A stretch of 64,000 bases of DNA from assembly GCA_963713895.1 (NCBI GenBank), contig OY970210.1, forward strand, positions 1,544,310 through 1,608,309, read 5' to 3'. This stretch comes from an uncultured Solirubrobacterales bacterium (lineage in GTDB: Bacteria; Actinomycetota; Thermoleophilia; Solirubrobacterales; Solirubrobacteraceae). Numbering within the stretch: position 1 is the stretch's first letter; every line of letters begins with the position of its first letter. A program made the position numbers and the translations under genes. This document shows, in pieces, positions 54,248 to 64,000 of this stretch. The notes below the pieces were generated by a model. That model did not search any database and had not been told where the DNA came from. It saw only the letters and a program-made list of their open reading frames with translations.

Positions 54248-55225
54248 ATGGACCTGTCGATCTTCTTCGCCGGCACCGGCGGCTCGGTTCCGTCCGCCCG
54301 GCGGGGGCTGCCGGCTGTGCTGGTGCGCCGCGGCGGCGAGCAGATCCTGTTCGACTGCGGCGAGGGCACCCAGCGGCAGCTGATCCGCTCGGTTGGGCTG
54401 GTCGATCTCGACTGCGTTTTCATCACGCACTTCCACGCCGATCACTGGCTGGGGCTCCCGGGGATGCTCAAGTCTTTCGCGCTGCGCGAGCGCGAGGCTC
54501 CGCTCGGCGTGTACGGCCCGCCCGGCCTGCACGATCTGATGGAACGCATGCGGTTCGTGTATGGGCGGCGCCTGCCCTACGAGCTGAGCGTGATCGAGCT
54601 CGCCCCCGCCGAGACCGTCGCGGGCGACGGCTACCTGATCGGAGCGATTCCCGTCCGGCACAAAGGCGAGGCCTGCTATGGCTACGCGCTCGTCGAGCAT
54701 CCGCGACCGGGACAGCTCGACCCCGAGCTGGCCGAGCGGCTCGGCGTCAGGCCGGGTCCCGACTTCGGCCGGCTCCAGCGCGGCGAGACGGTGAACGGCG
54801 TGTCCGCCGATGAGGTCCTGGGCCCGCCGCGCGCCGGGCGCAAGATCGTGATCTCCGGTGACACGGCGCCGTGTCAGGCCCTTGCGGTTGCCGCGCACGA
54901 GTCAGACGTGCTGGTGCACGAGGCGACCTTCGCCGAGGAGGAGACCGAGCGCGCCCGCCAGACGCTGCACAGCACGGCGCGCCAGGCGGCCGAGCTGGCG
55001 CGGGACGCGCAGGTGCGTCTGCTCGCCCTGACGCACATCTCCAGCCGCTACCCCGGTGGCGAGCTGCGCGAGCAGGCGCGCGCCGTATTTGCGGACACGG
55101 AGGCGCCCAGGGATTTCGACACGATCGAGGTTCCGTTTCCCGAGCGCGCCGCGCCGCAGCTGGTGCGCTGGGACGAGCGTCGCGAGCGCGAGGCCGCGGC
55201 GCCCGAGCCCGCCGCGGCCCGGTAA
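54248..55225 (+). CDS. rnz: Ribonuclease Z
   Basis: FAGTGGSVP, FDCGEGTQ, THFHADH, SGDT, HEATF, HSTA, THISSRY. Confidence 0.96.
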   Translation: MDLSIFFAGTGGSVPSARRGLPAVLVRRGGEQILFDCGEGTQRQLIRSVGLVDLDCVFITHFHADHWLGLPGMLKSFALREREAPLGVYGPPGLHDLMERMRFVYGRRLPYELSVIELAPAETVAGDGYLIGAIPVRHKGEACYGYALVEHPRPGQLDPELAERLGVRPGPDFGRLQRGETVNGVSADEVLGPPRAGRKIVISGDTAPCQALAVAAHESDVLVHEATFAEEETERARQTLHSTARQAAELARDAQVRLLALTHISSRYPGGELREQARAVFADTEAPRDFDTIEVPFPERAAPQLVRWDERREREAAAPEPAAAR

Positions 55226-55376
55226 CGGCCGCGCGCGGCGGTTGCCATGGTGAGCGCTGGCGTCGGCCGCGATTGGCCTCGACGACGCTTTGCCCGTCAA
55301 CGCCGAGCCGGGTTCTCCGGACTCTCCGCCCGGGCGCCATCCGGCTCGTCGGCCTCGGCTGGTACAGTCACGGCGA

Positions 55377-55410
55377 TCCTTTAACCCGGTCCAGAGAGGC
55401 CAGGAAGGAA
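55377..55410 (+). ncRNA. PyrR binding loop overlapping the pyrR SD
   Basis: CCTTTAA..GGTCCAGAGAGGCC..AAGG matches the PyrR consensus; TACAGT -10 at 55363-55368. Confidence 0.88.
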
Positions 55411-55415
55411 CCCGG

Positions 55416-56060
55416 ATGGACAACGAGAAGACGGTCCTCGGCGAGGAGGAGCTGCAGCGGGCGCTCACGCGGATCGCGCACGAGATCGTCGAGCGCAATC
55501 CCGACCGGCCGGCCCCGGCGCTTGTCGGCATCCATCGTCGAGGCGCGTTCCTGGCGGGCCGGCTACAGCGACTGCTACAGGAGCTGCTCGACGTCGAGGT
55601 GCCGCTCGGCGACCTCGACATCGGCTTCTACCGCGACGACGTGGCACGTCGCGGCGACGCACCGATCCTGCACGCGTCGCACATCGACTTCGACGTCGCA
55701 GACCGCACGGTCGTGATCGTCAACGACGTCCTCTACACGGGGCGCACCGCGCGCGCCGCGATCGACGCGCTGTTCGACTACGGGCGCCCCGCACGCGTGC
55801 AGCTGGCTGTGCTCGCCGACCGCGGCCATCGCGAGCTGCCGATCAGGCCCGACTATGTCGGCAAGAACCTGCCGACCTCACGCGCCGAGCACGTGCACGT
55901 GCGCCTGTGCGAGCTGGACGGCGTGGACGAAGTTGCCATTGCCCTGGGCACGCATGGCGGCGCTGGATCGGCGTCCTCGGTCGCTCGCGTGCCAAGCACG
56001 CCACGCCGGGCGGGCGGGCTCAGCACTAGACCAGCTTGCCCTGCGTACCCAGGGTCGTGA
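55416..56060 (+). CDS. pyrR: Pyrimidine operon regulator / UPRTase
   Basis: RALTRIAHEI.E, GI.RRG, LDIGFYRDD, VLYTGRT, DRGHRELPIRPDYVGKN. Confidence 0.96.
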   Translation: MDNEKTVLGEEELQRALTRIAHEIVERNPDRPAPALVGIHRRGAFLAGRLQRLLQELLDVEVPLGDLDIGFYRDDVARRGDAPILHASHIDFDVADRTVVIVNDVLYTGRTARAAIDALFDYGRPARVQLAVLADRGHRELPIRPDYVGKNLPTSRAEHVHVRLCELDGVDEVAIALGTHGGAGSASSVARVPSTPRRAGGLSTRPACPAYPGS

Positions 56061-56076
56061 CATTGGTGCTCAGGGC

Positions 56077-57114
56077 ATGAACCACCTGCTGACGATGGAA
56101 GACCTCGACCGCGCTGCGATCGAGCGGATCGTGGGCCAGGCGGAGCGCTTCGCGGAGGTGTCCGATCGTGAGATCAAGAAGGTGCCCGCGCTGCGCGGGC
56201 GGATGGTTCTGAACCTCTTCTACGAGGCCTCGACGCGCACGCGCAGCTCCTTCGAGCTGGCCGCCAAGCGCCTGTCCGCGGACGTCGTGAACTTCGCCGC
56301 CAGCGGCTCGAGCGTCGAGAAGGGGGAGTCGTTGAAGGACACGGTGCTGACGCTCAGCGCGCACAAGCCCGACGCGATCGTGCTGCGCACGCCGTGGGCG
56401 GGCGCAGCGGAGCTCGTGTCCCGATGGTGCAGCGCCGCGATCGTCAACGCGGGCGACGGCAAGCACGAGCATCCCACCCAGGCGCTGCTCGATGTGTACA
56501 CGCTGCGCCAGCGTCTGGGCGAGATCGACGACGCGTCGATCTGGATCGTCGGCGACGTGGCGCATTCGCGCGTGGCGCGCTCGAACATCATCGCCTTCCA
56601 GCGCATGGGCGCGCGCGTGACGGTCGCCGGCCCGCCGACGCTGATCCCGCGTGGAATCGAGGCGCTCGGCTGCGATGTGCGGTACACGCTCGACGAGCTC
56701 GGATCGGCCGATGTGGTGTATGCGCTGCGGATGCAGCGCGAGCGCATGAACGAGGCCTGGGTGCCCTCGCTGCGCGAGTACGCAACGTGGTATCAGATCA
56801 ACGGTGATCGCCTCGAGCCGCACCAGGTGCTGATGCATCCCGGCCCGGTGAATCGCGGCGTCGAGCTCTCCGGCGAGGCGGTCGACTCGCCGCAGGCCGT
56901 GATCGCCGCCCAGGTCGAGGCCGGGGTCGTGGTGCGCATGGCCGTGCTGTACGAGCTGCTGGCCGGTGCGGGGACGCGCGCGGACCGCGTGTCTACCGGT
57001 CCGGCGGAGCGCGTGTCTACCGGTCCGGCGGAGCGAGTGTCTCCCGGTTCAGCGGACACGCGTGCCGAGCGCCCACCGGTCGAGGATCCCCTGCCCGAGC
57101 CTCAGTTGACGTGA
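56077..57114 (+). CDS. pyrB: Aspartate carbamoyltransferase catalytic subunit
   Basis: FYEASTRT, KGESL.DT, NAGDG.HEHPTQALLD, MHPGPVNRG. Confidence 0.97.
   Translation: MNHLLTMEDLDRAAIERIVGQAERFAEVSDREIKKVPALRGRMVLNLFYEASTRTRSSFELAAKRLSADVVNFAASGSSVEKGESLKDTVLTLSAHKPDAIVLRTPWAGAAELVSRWCSAAIVNAGDGKHEHPTQALLDVYTLRQRLGEIDDASIWIVGDVAHSRVARSNIIAFQRMGARVTVAGPPTLIPRGIEALGCDVRYTLDELGSADVVYALRMQRERMNEAWVPSLREYATWYQINGDRLEPHQVLMHPGPVNRGVELSGEAVDSPQAVIAAQVEAGVVVRMAVLYELLAGAGTRADRVSTGPAERVSTGPAERVSPGSADTRAERPPVEDPLPEPQLT
56980..57056 (+). repeat. 24-bp in-frame tandem repeat in the pyrB tail (RVSTGPAE x3)
   Basis: Units GCGGA(C/G)CGCGTGTCTACCGGTCCG at 56980, 57004, 57028. Confidence 0.9.
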
Positions 57115-58460
57115 TGGCCGCCGAGACGCTCTCGCATGGACGGTACCCGCCGGCCCAGCTGCTGCTGCGGGATGTGCGCGTGCTCGAGCCGCGCGCGCGA
57201 CTCGACGCCTGCCGCGACGTGCTGGTGCGCGACGGCAAGATCGCGGCGCTGGCCGAGGCCGGCTCGCTCGGCGAGCCGCTCGAGGAGATCGAGCTGGTCG
57301 ACGGACAGGGACGGCTGCTGGCGCCCGCCTTCTTCGACCCGCACGTGCACCTGCGCAGTCCCGGCCAGGAGCACAAGGAGGACTTGCGGAGCGGCACGCG
57401 CGCTGCCGCCGCGGGCGGCTTTGGCGCGGTGATCGCGATGCCGAACACCGACCCCGTGATCGACTCGGCGCCGCTGCTCGGATCGCTGCGCGAGGCGGCG
57501 GCGCGCGAGGCGTGCATCCCGGTCGGGTTCATGGCGGCGATCACCTCCGGCCAGCGCGGCGAGGAGCTGACGGAGATGGCGTATCTGCGCGCCGAGGGCG
57601 CGCTCGGCTTCACCGACGATGGCCTCCCGGTCGCGAGCGCCGGGATGCTGCGCAAGGCGATGCAGTACCAGCGGCTATGCGGCGGGGTGCTCAGCCTGCA
57701 CGAGGAGGATCGGACGCTCTCGCGCGGCGGTTGCATGCGCGAGGGAGCCGTCAGCGCGGCGCTCGGGATCGGCGGAGTCCCGAGCGTGAGCGAGTTGACG
57801 ATGGTCGCCCGCGACGCCGAGCTCGCGCTGTACGAGTCCGCGCGCGTGCACTTCCAGCACCTCAGCTGCGCCGCCGCCGTAGCGGCTGTCGAGCGCGCCA
57901 GGGCGGGCGGGGCGCGGGTCAGCTGCGAGGTGACTCCGCATCATCTGCTGCTCACCGACGAGAGCGTGCGCGAGCTCGACACGCGCATGAAGATGAACCC
58001 TCCGCTCGCCGGCTCGGACGACCGCGGCGCGCTCGTACAGGCGCTGCGCAGCGGCACGATCGACTGCGTCGCCACCGACCACGCGCCGCACGCGCGCGAG
58101 GAGAAGGAAGTGCCCTTCGAGCAGGCCCCGATGGGCACGACCGGCCTCGAGACAGCGTTCCCCGCGCTCTATACAGGCCTGGTCCTGAGCGGCGAGCTCG
58201 AGCTCGAGACGCTCATCGAGCGGATGACCGCGGGCGCCGCGCTGTTCGAGCTGCCCACGCCCACGATCGCGCCGGGCGAGCCGGCGAACCTGACCCTGAT
58301 CGATCTCGACGCCGAGCTGATCGCGGGCGAGCACGGCTGGGAGAGCCGTTCGGAGAACTGCTGCTTCGCGGGCCGGCGCCTGCACGGGCGCGTGCTGCTG
58401 ACGCTCGCCGCCGGCGCCGTGGTCTACCGCGAGCCCGTCTTCTCGGTGGTGGCGGCATGA
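57111..58460 (+). CDS. pyrC: Dihydroorotase
   Basis: DPHVHLR, AMPNT, FTDDG, HEED, QHLS, CEVTPHH, KMNPPL, TDHAPH. Confidence 0.96.
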   Translation: MMAAETLSHGRYPPAQLLLRDVRVLEPRARLDACRDVLVRDGKIAALAEAGSLGEPLEEIELVDGQGRLLAPAFFDPHVHLRSPGQEHKEDLRSGTRAAAAGGFGAVIAMPNTDPVIDSAPLLGSLREAAAREACIPVGFMAAITSGQRGEELTEMAYLRAEGALGFTDDGLPVASAGMLRKAMQYQRLCGGVLSLHEEDRTLSRGGCMREGAVSAALGIGGVPSVSELTMVARDAELALYESARVHFQHLSCAAAVAAVERARAGGARVSCEVTPHHLLLTDESVRELDTRMKMNPPLAGSDDRGALVQALRSGTIDCVATDHAPHAREEKEVPFEQAPMGTTGLETAFPALYTGLVLSGELELETLIERMTAGAALFELPTPTIAPGEPANLTLIDLDAELIAGEHGWESRSENCCFAGRRLHGRVLLTLAAGAVVYREPVFSVVAA

Positions 58461-58462
58461 GC

Positions 58463-58650
58463 GGATTTTTTTGGGGGGGCCGCATCCGGGCGGGCCGTTG
58501 CGCTGACGGGCGCACGGGTGCGGGGCATCCAGCCCCGCTTACGAGCGCAGGGGACGGGACACGCGCCCTGGCGCTGGACAGGAGGTCCAGCGCCAACTAC
58601 CTGTGTTGCCAACGTACACGCGCGGATGCGACCCAAAAGAGAGACCACCG
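58463..58650. other. 188-bp structured intergenic insert flanked by ATGAGC direct repeats
   Basis: ATGAGC at 58457 and 58651; subterminal inverted repeat TTTTGGG..CGCATCCG / CGGATGCG.CCCAAAA; hairpin GGCGCTGGAC-AGGAG-GTCCAGCGCC. Confidence 0.6.
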
Positions 58651-59208
58651 ATGAGCCTGCTCGAACGCGACAGGACGGCGCTGGTCGTCGTGGACGTCCA
58701 GGAGGGGTTTCGCCCGTACGCCTCATTCGCGGACGTCGCCGACGGCGCCCGCAAGCTCGTGCAGGCAGCGCGCATGCTCGAGCTGCCGATGATCGTCAGC
58801 GAGCAGTACCCGAAAGGGCTTGGTCACACCGCGCCCGAGGTAGGCATCGGCGCGATGCCCGACGACTCTGTCGCAGGCGATGCGCGGGAGCGGCTGATCG
58901 AGAAGACCGTCTTCTCCGCCGCGCGCGCCGACGGCTTCGACCTGCAAGGCCGGACACAGGCCGTCGTGTGCGGGATCGAGACGCACGTCTGCGTCAGTCA
59001 GACCGTTCACGATCTGCTCGCGCAGGGAGTCGAAGTCCACGTGCCCGCCGACGCCGTCGGGTCGCGCCACGAGATCGACTACGAGCGCGGCCTCGAGCGT
59101 CTGCAGCGTGCCGGCGCCGAGGTCAGCACCGTCGAGGCGGTCGTGTTCGAGCTGCTCGAGCGGTCCGGCACGCCGGAGTTCAAAGCCGTCCAAAAGCTGA
59201 TTCTCTGA
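58651..59208 (+). CDS. Isochorismatase-family (YcaC-like) cysteine hydrolase
   Basis: VVDVQE, SEQYPKGLGHT, EKTVFS, GIETHVCV. Confidence 0.92.
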   Translation: MSLLERDRTALVVVDVQEGFRPYASFADVADGARKLVQAARMLELPMIVSEQYPKGLGHTAPEVGIGAMPDDSVAGDARERLIEKTVFSAARADGFDLQGRTQAVVCGIETHVCVSQTVHDLLAQGVEVHVPADAVGSRHEIDYERGLERLQRAGAEVSTVEAVVFELLERSGTPEFKAVQKLIL

Positions 59209-59215
59209 CGCCGAC

Positions 59216-60436
59216 ATGAGTGACCCCAGCGCCTACGTGCTGCTCGACGACGGCACGCGCTTTGACGGCACGGCCTGCGCCGCAGATGGGCACGCCGTCG
59301 GCGAGGTCGTGTTCACGACCGGGATGAGCGGCTATCAGGAGTCGATGACCGACCCCTCGTTCGCCGGCCAGCTGATCACCTTCACATACCCGCACATCGG
59401 CAACTACGGCGTCAGCGCCCAGGCGATGGAGTCCGACCGGCCGTGGGCGCGAGCCGCGATCATGCGCGCGGCCTGCGACCGCGAGGATGCGCCCGGCGCT
59501 GAGGGAGGCTGGCTGCGGTGGCTGCGCGATTGCGGCGTCGTCGGGATCAGCGGCGTGGACACGCGTACGCTGGTCAAGCACATCCGCGATCGCGGCGCCA
59601 TGCGCGGCGGGGTGTTTCCGGCATCGCTGTCCGAGCGCGAGGCGCGCGGGCTGATCGCGGCCGAGCCGCCGATGGCCGGACAGGATCTCGCGCGGCAGGT
59701 GACGCCGGCGAGCGTCACTCGGCACGGCACGGCCGGACGGGGGCCGCACATCGCCGTGCTGGACACCGGCATCAAGGCCTCGATGGTGCGCGAGCTGCTC
59801 GCGCGTGGCGCCAATGTGACGCTGCACCCCTGCACCAGCTCGGCGACCGAGCTGCTGGCCGAGGATCCCGACGCCGTGTTCCTCGCCAACGGCCCGGGCG
59901 ATCCCGCCGCACTGAAGTACATCGTCGCGACCGTTCGGGAGATCGTCGGGCGCAAGCCGGTGTGGGGCATCTGCCTCGGCCACCAGCTGCTGTGCCGCGC
60001 CGTCGGCCTGGAGACGTTCAAGCTGCCGTTCGGACACCGCGGCGCCAACCATCCCGTCAAGGACCTCGAGAGCGGGCGCATCGAGATCACCTCGCAGAAT
60101 CACGGCTTCGCCGCGCTCGGCCCGAACGGGGCGCGCACGATCGACGACGACGCGCCCGTGCGCTGGCAGACGGACTTCGGCGAGGCCCAGCTGTCGCACG
60201 TGAACCTGTACGACCGCACCGTCGAGGGGCTCGAGCTGCTCGACGTGCCCGGCGGCACGGTCCAGTACCACCCCGAGGCCGGGCCGGGCCCGCACGACAG
60301 CAAGTACCTGTTCGACCGTTTCCTGGCGCGAATCGCCGCGGCGGAGGATGGCGGGTGGGAGCGGTCCGGTGGGGGACGAGCGGAGGCCGTGCCCTCCTCT
60401 CGACGCGGGCTGGACGCGCGGCGTGGCCATGCCTAG
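59216..60436 (+). CDS. carA: Carbamoyl-phosphate synthase small subunit
   Basis: [49 protein letters not shown]. Confidence 0.97.
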   Translation: MSDPSAYVLLDDGTRFDGTACAADGHAVGEVVFTTGMSGYQESMTDPSFAGQLITFTYPHIGNYGVSAQAMESDRPWARAAIMRAACDREDAPGAEGGWLRWLRDCGVVGISGVDTRTLVKHIRDRGAMRGGVFPASLSEREARGLIAAEPPMAGQDLARQVTPASVTRHGTAGRGPHIAVLDTGIKASMVRELLARGANVTLHPCTSSATELLAEDPDAVFLANGPGDPAALKYIVATVREIVGRKPVWGICLGHQLLCRAVGLETFKLPFGHRGANHPVKDLESGRIEITSQNHGFAALGPNGARTIDDDAPVRWQTDFGEAQLSHVNLYDRTVEGLELLDVPGGTVQYHPEAGPGPHDSKYLFDRFLARIAAAEDGGWERSGGGRAEAVPSSRRGLDARRGHA

Positions 60437-63400
60437 ACGGGATGACATCCACAAGATCCTGATCCTCGGCTCGGGACCGATCGTGATCGGGCAGGCGGCC
60501 GAGTTCGACTACTCGGGCGTGCAGGCCTGCAAGGTGCTGCGCGAAGAGGGCTATCAGATCGTGCTCGTGAACTCCAACCCGGCGACGATCATGACCGACC
60601 CCGAGCTCGCCGACGCGACCTATGTCGAGCCGCTGCTGCCGGCGCCGGTGGCGCAGGTGATCGCGCGCGAGCGCCCGGACGCGCTGCTGCCGACGCTCGG
60701 CGGCCAGACGGCGCTGAATCTCGCCAAGGCGCTGCAGGACGACGGTACGTTGGAGCGCTACGGCGTCGAGCTGATCGGCGCCAGCTACGAGGCGATCGCG
60801 TGTGCCGAGGACCGCGAGCTGTTCGGCGCGGCGATGGCGCGCGTCGGCCTGAAGATGCCCGACAGCGCGATCGCCACGACGCTCGAGCAGGCCACGCAGG
60901 CGCTCGCGCGGATCGGCCTGCCGTGCATCGTGCGTCCGGCCTTCACGCTCGGCGGGCGCGGCGGCGGGATCGCGCGTAACCCGCAGGAGTTCGAGCAGAT
61001 CGTCGCGCGCGGGCTCGAGGTCTCGCCGATCGGCCAGGTGCTGCTCGATGAGTCGGTGCTCGGCTGGGGCGAGTTCGAGCTCGAGGTGATGCGCGACGGC
61101 GCCGACAACGTCGTGATCGTCTGCTCGATCGAGAACCTCGACCCGATGGGGGTGCACACCGGCGACTCGGTCACCGTGGCGCCGCAGCAGACGCTTCCGG
61201 ACAGTCTCTATCAGCGCCTGCGCGACCAGGCGATCGCGGTGATCCGCGCGGTCGGGGTCGAAACCGGCGGCTCGAATGTCCAGTTCGCCGTCGATCCCGG
61301 CAGCGAACAGATCCTCGTGATCGAGATGAACCCGCGCGTGTCGCGCAGCTCCGCGCTCGCGTCGAAGGCGACGGGCTTTCCGATCGCGAAGATCGCCGCG
61401 CGCCTGGCGGTCGGCTACCGGCTCGAGGAGATCAGCAACGACATCACCGGCGTCACCCCGGCGTGCTTCGAGCCGACGATCGACTACGTGGTGGTGAAGT
61501 GGCCACGGTTCGCGTTCGAGAAGTTCCCGGGAACCGACGCCAGGCTGTCGACGCACATGCAGTCGGTCGGCGAGGCGATGGCGATCGGGCGCACGTTCGG
61601 GCAGGCGTTCGCCAAGGCGTTGCGCTCGCGCGAGCTCGACAAGCCGCCGCGGCTCGAGCACGCGAGCGAGCAGGCGCTGCTCGATGGGCTCGCGATTCCG
61701 GCTCCCGACCGCTTCGAGGCGATGATCGAGCTGCTGCGCAAAGGCGTGGACATCGAGCTGCTGCACGAGCGCACGCGCATCGACCTCTGGTTCCTGCGCG
61801 AGCTGCGTACGCTCGCGCAAGATCCGCAGGCGCCTTTCGCCGGCGAGCGCTCGTTTCGCTCGGTCAACACGTGCGCCGCCGAGTTCCCCGCGGACACCCC
61901 CTACTACTACTCGGGCTGGGAGCGCCCGCAGCCCGGCCGCGGGGCGGTGCACGAGATCAGGCGCGGCGAGCGACCGTCGGTCGTGATTCTCGGCGCCGGG
62001 CCCAATCGCATCGGTCAGGGCATCGAGTTCGACTACTGCTGCGTCCACGCCGCCGCGACGGTGCGCGAGTCCGGGCGTGACGCCGTCATGATCAACTGCA
62101 ATCCCGAGACGGTCTCGACCGACTACGACACCTCCGACCGGCTCTACTTCGAGCCGCTGACGCTCGAGGACGTGCTGGGCGTCGTCGCGATCGAGCAGCC
62201 CGAGGGTGTGGTCGTGCAGTTCGGCGGACAGACCCCGCTGAAGCTCGCCGCCGGGCTCGCCGCGGCCGGCGTGACGCTGCTGGGCACGAGCGTCGAGGCG
62301 ATCGACCTCGCCGAGGATCGCGGGCGCTTCGGGGCTCTGCTCGCCCGGCTCGGCTACAAGGCGCCGCCGTACGCGAGCGCGCGCTCGGTCGCCGAGGCGC
62401 TCACGCAGGCCGAGCAGGTCGGCTACCCGCTGCTCGTTCGACCCTCCTATGTGCTCGGCGGGCGTGCGATGGAGCTCGTCTACTCGCGCGAGGCGCTCGC
62501 CGACTATCTCAGCCGCGAGCCCACCCCGCCTTCCGCGAGCATCTTTCTCGATCGCTTTCTGGAGAACGCCACCGAGGTGGATGTCGATGCGATCTGCGAC
62601 GGGACCGATGTCTGGATCGGCGGCATCATGCAGCACGTCGAGGAGGCGGGCGTGCATTCCGGCGACAGCGCGTGCGTGCTGCCGCCTCACTCCCTGGGCG
62701 AGGAGATGCTGGGCCAGGTCCGCGCGGCCACACGCGAGATCGCGCTCGCGCTCGGCGTGGTCGGGCTGCTCAACGTGCAGTACGCGGTCCACGCCGGCGA
62801 GCTGCACGTGATCGAGGCCAACCCGCGGGCGTCGCGTACGGTGCCGTTCGTCTCCAAGGCGGTGGGCGTGCCGCTGGCAAAGCTCGCCTGCCGGATCGTG
62901 CTGGGCGAGAAGCTCGCCGATCTGGATCTGCCTGCGGGCCGCGAGGGTCTCGGCTACGGCGACCACGTCTCGGTCAAGGAGGCGGTGCTGCCGTTCGATC
63001 GCTTCGAGGGCGCCGATGCGGTGCTCGGGCCGGAGATGCGTTCGACCGGCGAGGTGATGGGGATCGCGCGCGACTTCCCGACCGCGTTCGCCAAGGCGCA
63101 GGCGGCCGCCGGCGTACCGCTGCCGCGCGAGGGCACGGCCTTCATCTCCGTGACCGACTCCGACAAGGCCGGCGCCTTCGCGGTCGCTCAAACCCTGCAC
63201 GATTGCGGCTTTCAGATCGTGGCCACGCGCGGCACCGCCGAGGCGATCGCACGCATGGGCGTACCCGCCAAGCGGCTGAACAAGATCGGCGAGGGCTCGC
63301 CGCACGTGGTCAACTGGATCGAGCGCGGAGACGTCGACATGGTGGTGAACACGCCTACCGGCTCGGGCGCACGGACCGACGGATGGGAGATCAGGCGCGC

Positions 63401-63527
63401 CGCGGTCATGCACGGAATCCCCTGCCTGACGACGCTTGCAGCCGGGGTCAGCGCAGCCCGCGCGATCGCGCGCGCCCAGGCCGGGGGCGAGCCGCAGGTG
63501 CTGTGCCTGCAAGAGCTCCACCGGTGA
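60429..63527 (+). CDS. carB: Carbamoyl-phosphate synthase large subunit
   Basis: [52 protein letters not shown] domain. Confidence 0.98.
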   Translation: MPRRDDIHKILILGSGPIVIGQAAEFDYSGVQACKVLREEGYQIVLVNSNPATIMTDPELADATYVEPLLPAPVAQVIARERPDALLPTLGGQTALNLAKALQDDGTLERYGVELIGASYEAIACAEDRELFGAAMARVGLKMPDSAIATTLEQATQALARIGLPCIVRPAFTLGGRGGGIARNPQEFEQIVARGLEVSPIGQVLLDESVLGWGEFELEVMRDGADNVVIVCSIENLDPMGVHTGDSVTVAPQQTLPDSLYQRLRDQAIAVIRAVGVETGGSNVQFAVDPGSEQILVIEMNPRVSRSSALASKATGFPIAKIAARLAVGYRLEEISNDITGVTPACFEPTIDYVVVKWPRFAFEKFPGTDARLSTHMQSVGEAMAIGRTFGQAFAKALRSRELDKPPRLEHASEQALLDGLAIPAPDRFEAMIELLRKGVDIELLHERTRIDLWFLRELRTLAQDPQAPFAGERSFRSVNTCAAEFPADTPYYYSGWERPQPGRGAVHEIRRGERPSVVILGAGPNRIGQGIEFDYCCVHAAATVRESGRDAVMINCNPETVSTDYDTSDRLYFEPLTLEDVLGVVAIEQPEGVVVQFGGQTPLKLAAGLAAAGVTLLGTSVEAIDLAEDRGRFGALLARLGYKAPPYASARSVAEALTQAEQVGYPLLVRPSYVLGGRAMELVYSREALADYLSREPTPPSASIFLDRFLENATEVDVDAICDGTDVWIGGIMQHVEEAGVHSGDSACVLPPHSLGEEMLGQVRAATREIALALGVVGLLNVQYAVHAGELHVIEANPRASRTVPFVSKAVGVPLAKLACRIVLGEKLADLDLPAGREGLGYGDHVSVKEAVLPFDRFEGADAVLGPEMRSTGEVMGIARDFPTAFAKAQAAAGVPLPREGTAFISVTDSDKAGAFAVAQTLHDCGFQIVATRGTAEAIARMGVPAKRLNKIGEGSPHVVNWIERGDVDMVVNTPTGSGARTDGWEIRRAAVMHGIPCLTTLAAGVSAARAIARAQAGGEPQVLCLQELHR

Positions 63528-64000
63528 GCCTCGCGCGGCTGCACCGGCGCCGGCTGACCGTGACCGCCAGCGAGCGGCTCGGCGCGTACGTCCTGCTGCG
63601 CGTCGCCGACCCGGACGGGCCGGTGCCCGATGCCGGACAGTTCACGATGCTCGCCGCGGCTGAGCGCTGGGGCGGGGGGGAGGACGAGCGTCCCTACCTG
63701 GCGCGCGCGTTCTCGCTGGCGCGCTTCGACGACGGCGAGGCGCAATACCTGCTCGAGGACGTCGGGCCCGCCAGCAGGCGGCTGTGCGAGCTGCGCGCGG
63801 ATGAGCAGGTCTGGGCGCTGGGCCCGCTCGGTCGCGGCTTCACGGCGCCGCCGGACGGGCTGCGCCCGCTGCTGGTCGGGGGTGGCGTCGGGATCGCGCC
63901 GCTGCTGATCCTGCAGGACGCGCTCCGCGACGGGGCTGTCCCTGTCGGCGACGGTCGCGGCAAAGCGCCGCGGGCGGCGGAGATCGGGCCTCCGGTGACG
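63524..64000 (+). CDS. pyrK: Dihydroorotate dehydrogenase electron-transfer subunit, 5' part (runs off window)
   Basis: GTGA overlap with carB; [23 protein letters not shown]. Confidence 0.85.
   Translation, partial: MSLARLHRRRLTVTASERLGAYVLLRVADPDGPVPDAGQFTMLAAAERWGGGEDERPYLARAFSLARFDDGEAQYLLEDVGPASRRLCELRADEQVWALGPLGRGFTAPPDGLRPLLVGGGVGIAPLLILQDALRDGAVPVGDGRGKAPRAAEIGPPVT

Noticed and set aside
60087-63521. 1144-aa minus-strand ORF and similar long antisense ORFs (e.g. 32834-35191, 20240-22894, 37960-39837)
   Set aside because: Shadow frames of real high-GC genes (carB, secDF, acetoacetate-CoA ligase, relA); no recognisable motifs

Overview
High-GC chromosomal segment; gene content and style point to Actinomycetota, probably Solirubrobacterales/Thermoleophilia (inference). 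Most of it is core genome: pdxST, yebC-ruvCAB, secDF, recJ, rel, rnz and a PyrR-controlled pyrR-pyrB-pyrC-(isochorismatase)-carA-carB-pyrK' operon. Two tRNA-linked variable zones are present. The first is at tRNA-Ile2(CAT), with an intact IS66 (perfect 16-bp IRs, 8-bp TSD) and small accessory genes. The second is at tRNA-Arg(CCG), with gene remnants and orphan genes. Most notable: (1) a 47-bp x5 tandem array after secDF in which every unit is a hairpin and also a TGATG-coupled 15-codon mini-ORF with its own SD; (2) a P4-less SAM-I-type riboswitch driving a threonine-synthase paralog plus a -GG sulfur carrier, a probable homocysteine route; (3) a CtaG-centred cluster of His/Cys-bearing membrane and small proteins, possibly for copper handling; (4) a structured 188-bp insert flanked by ATGAGC repeats inside the pyr operon; (5) pervasive leaderless promoters, which also support small ORFs missing from the ORF track. 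Family names come from motif recognition only, without database searches. Many start codons were re-called relative to the ORF track.
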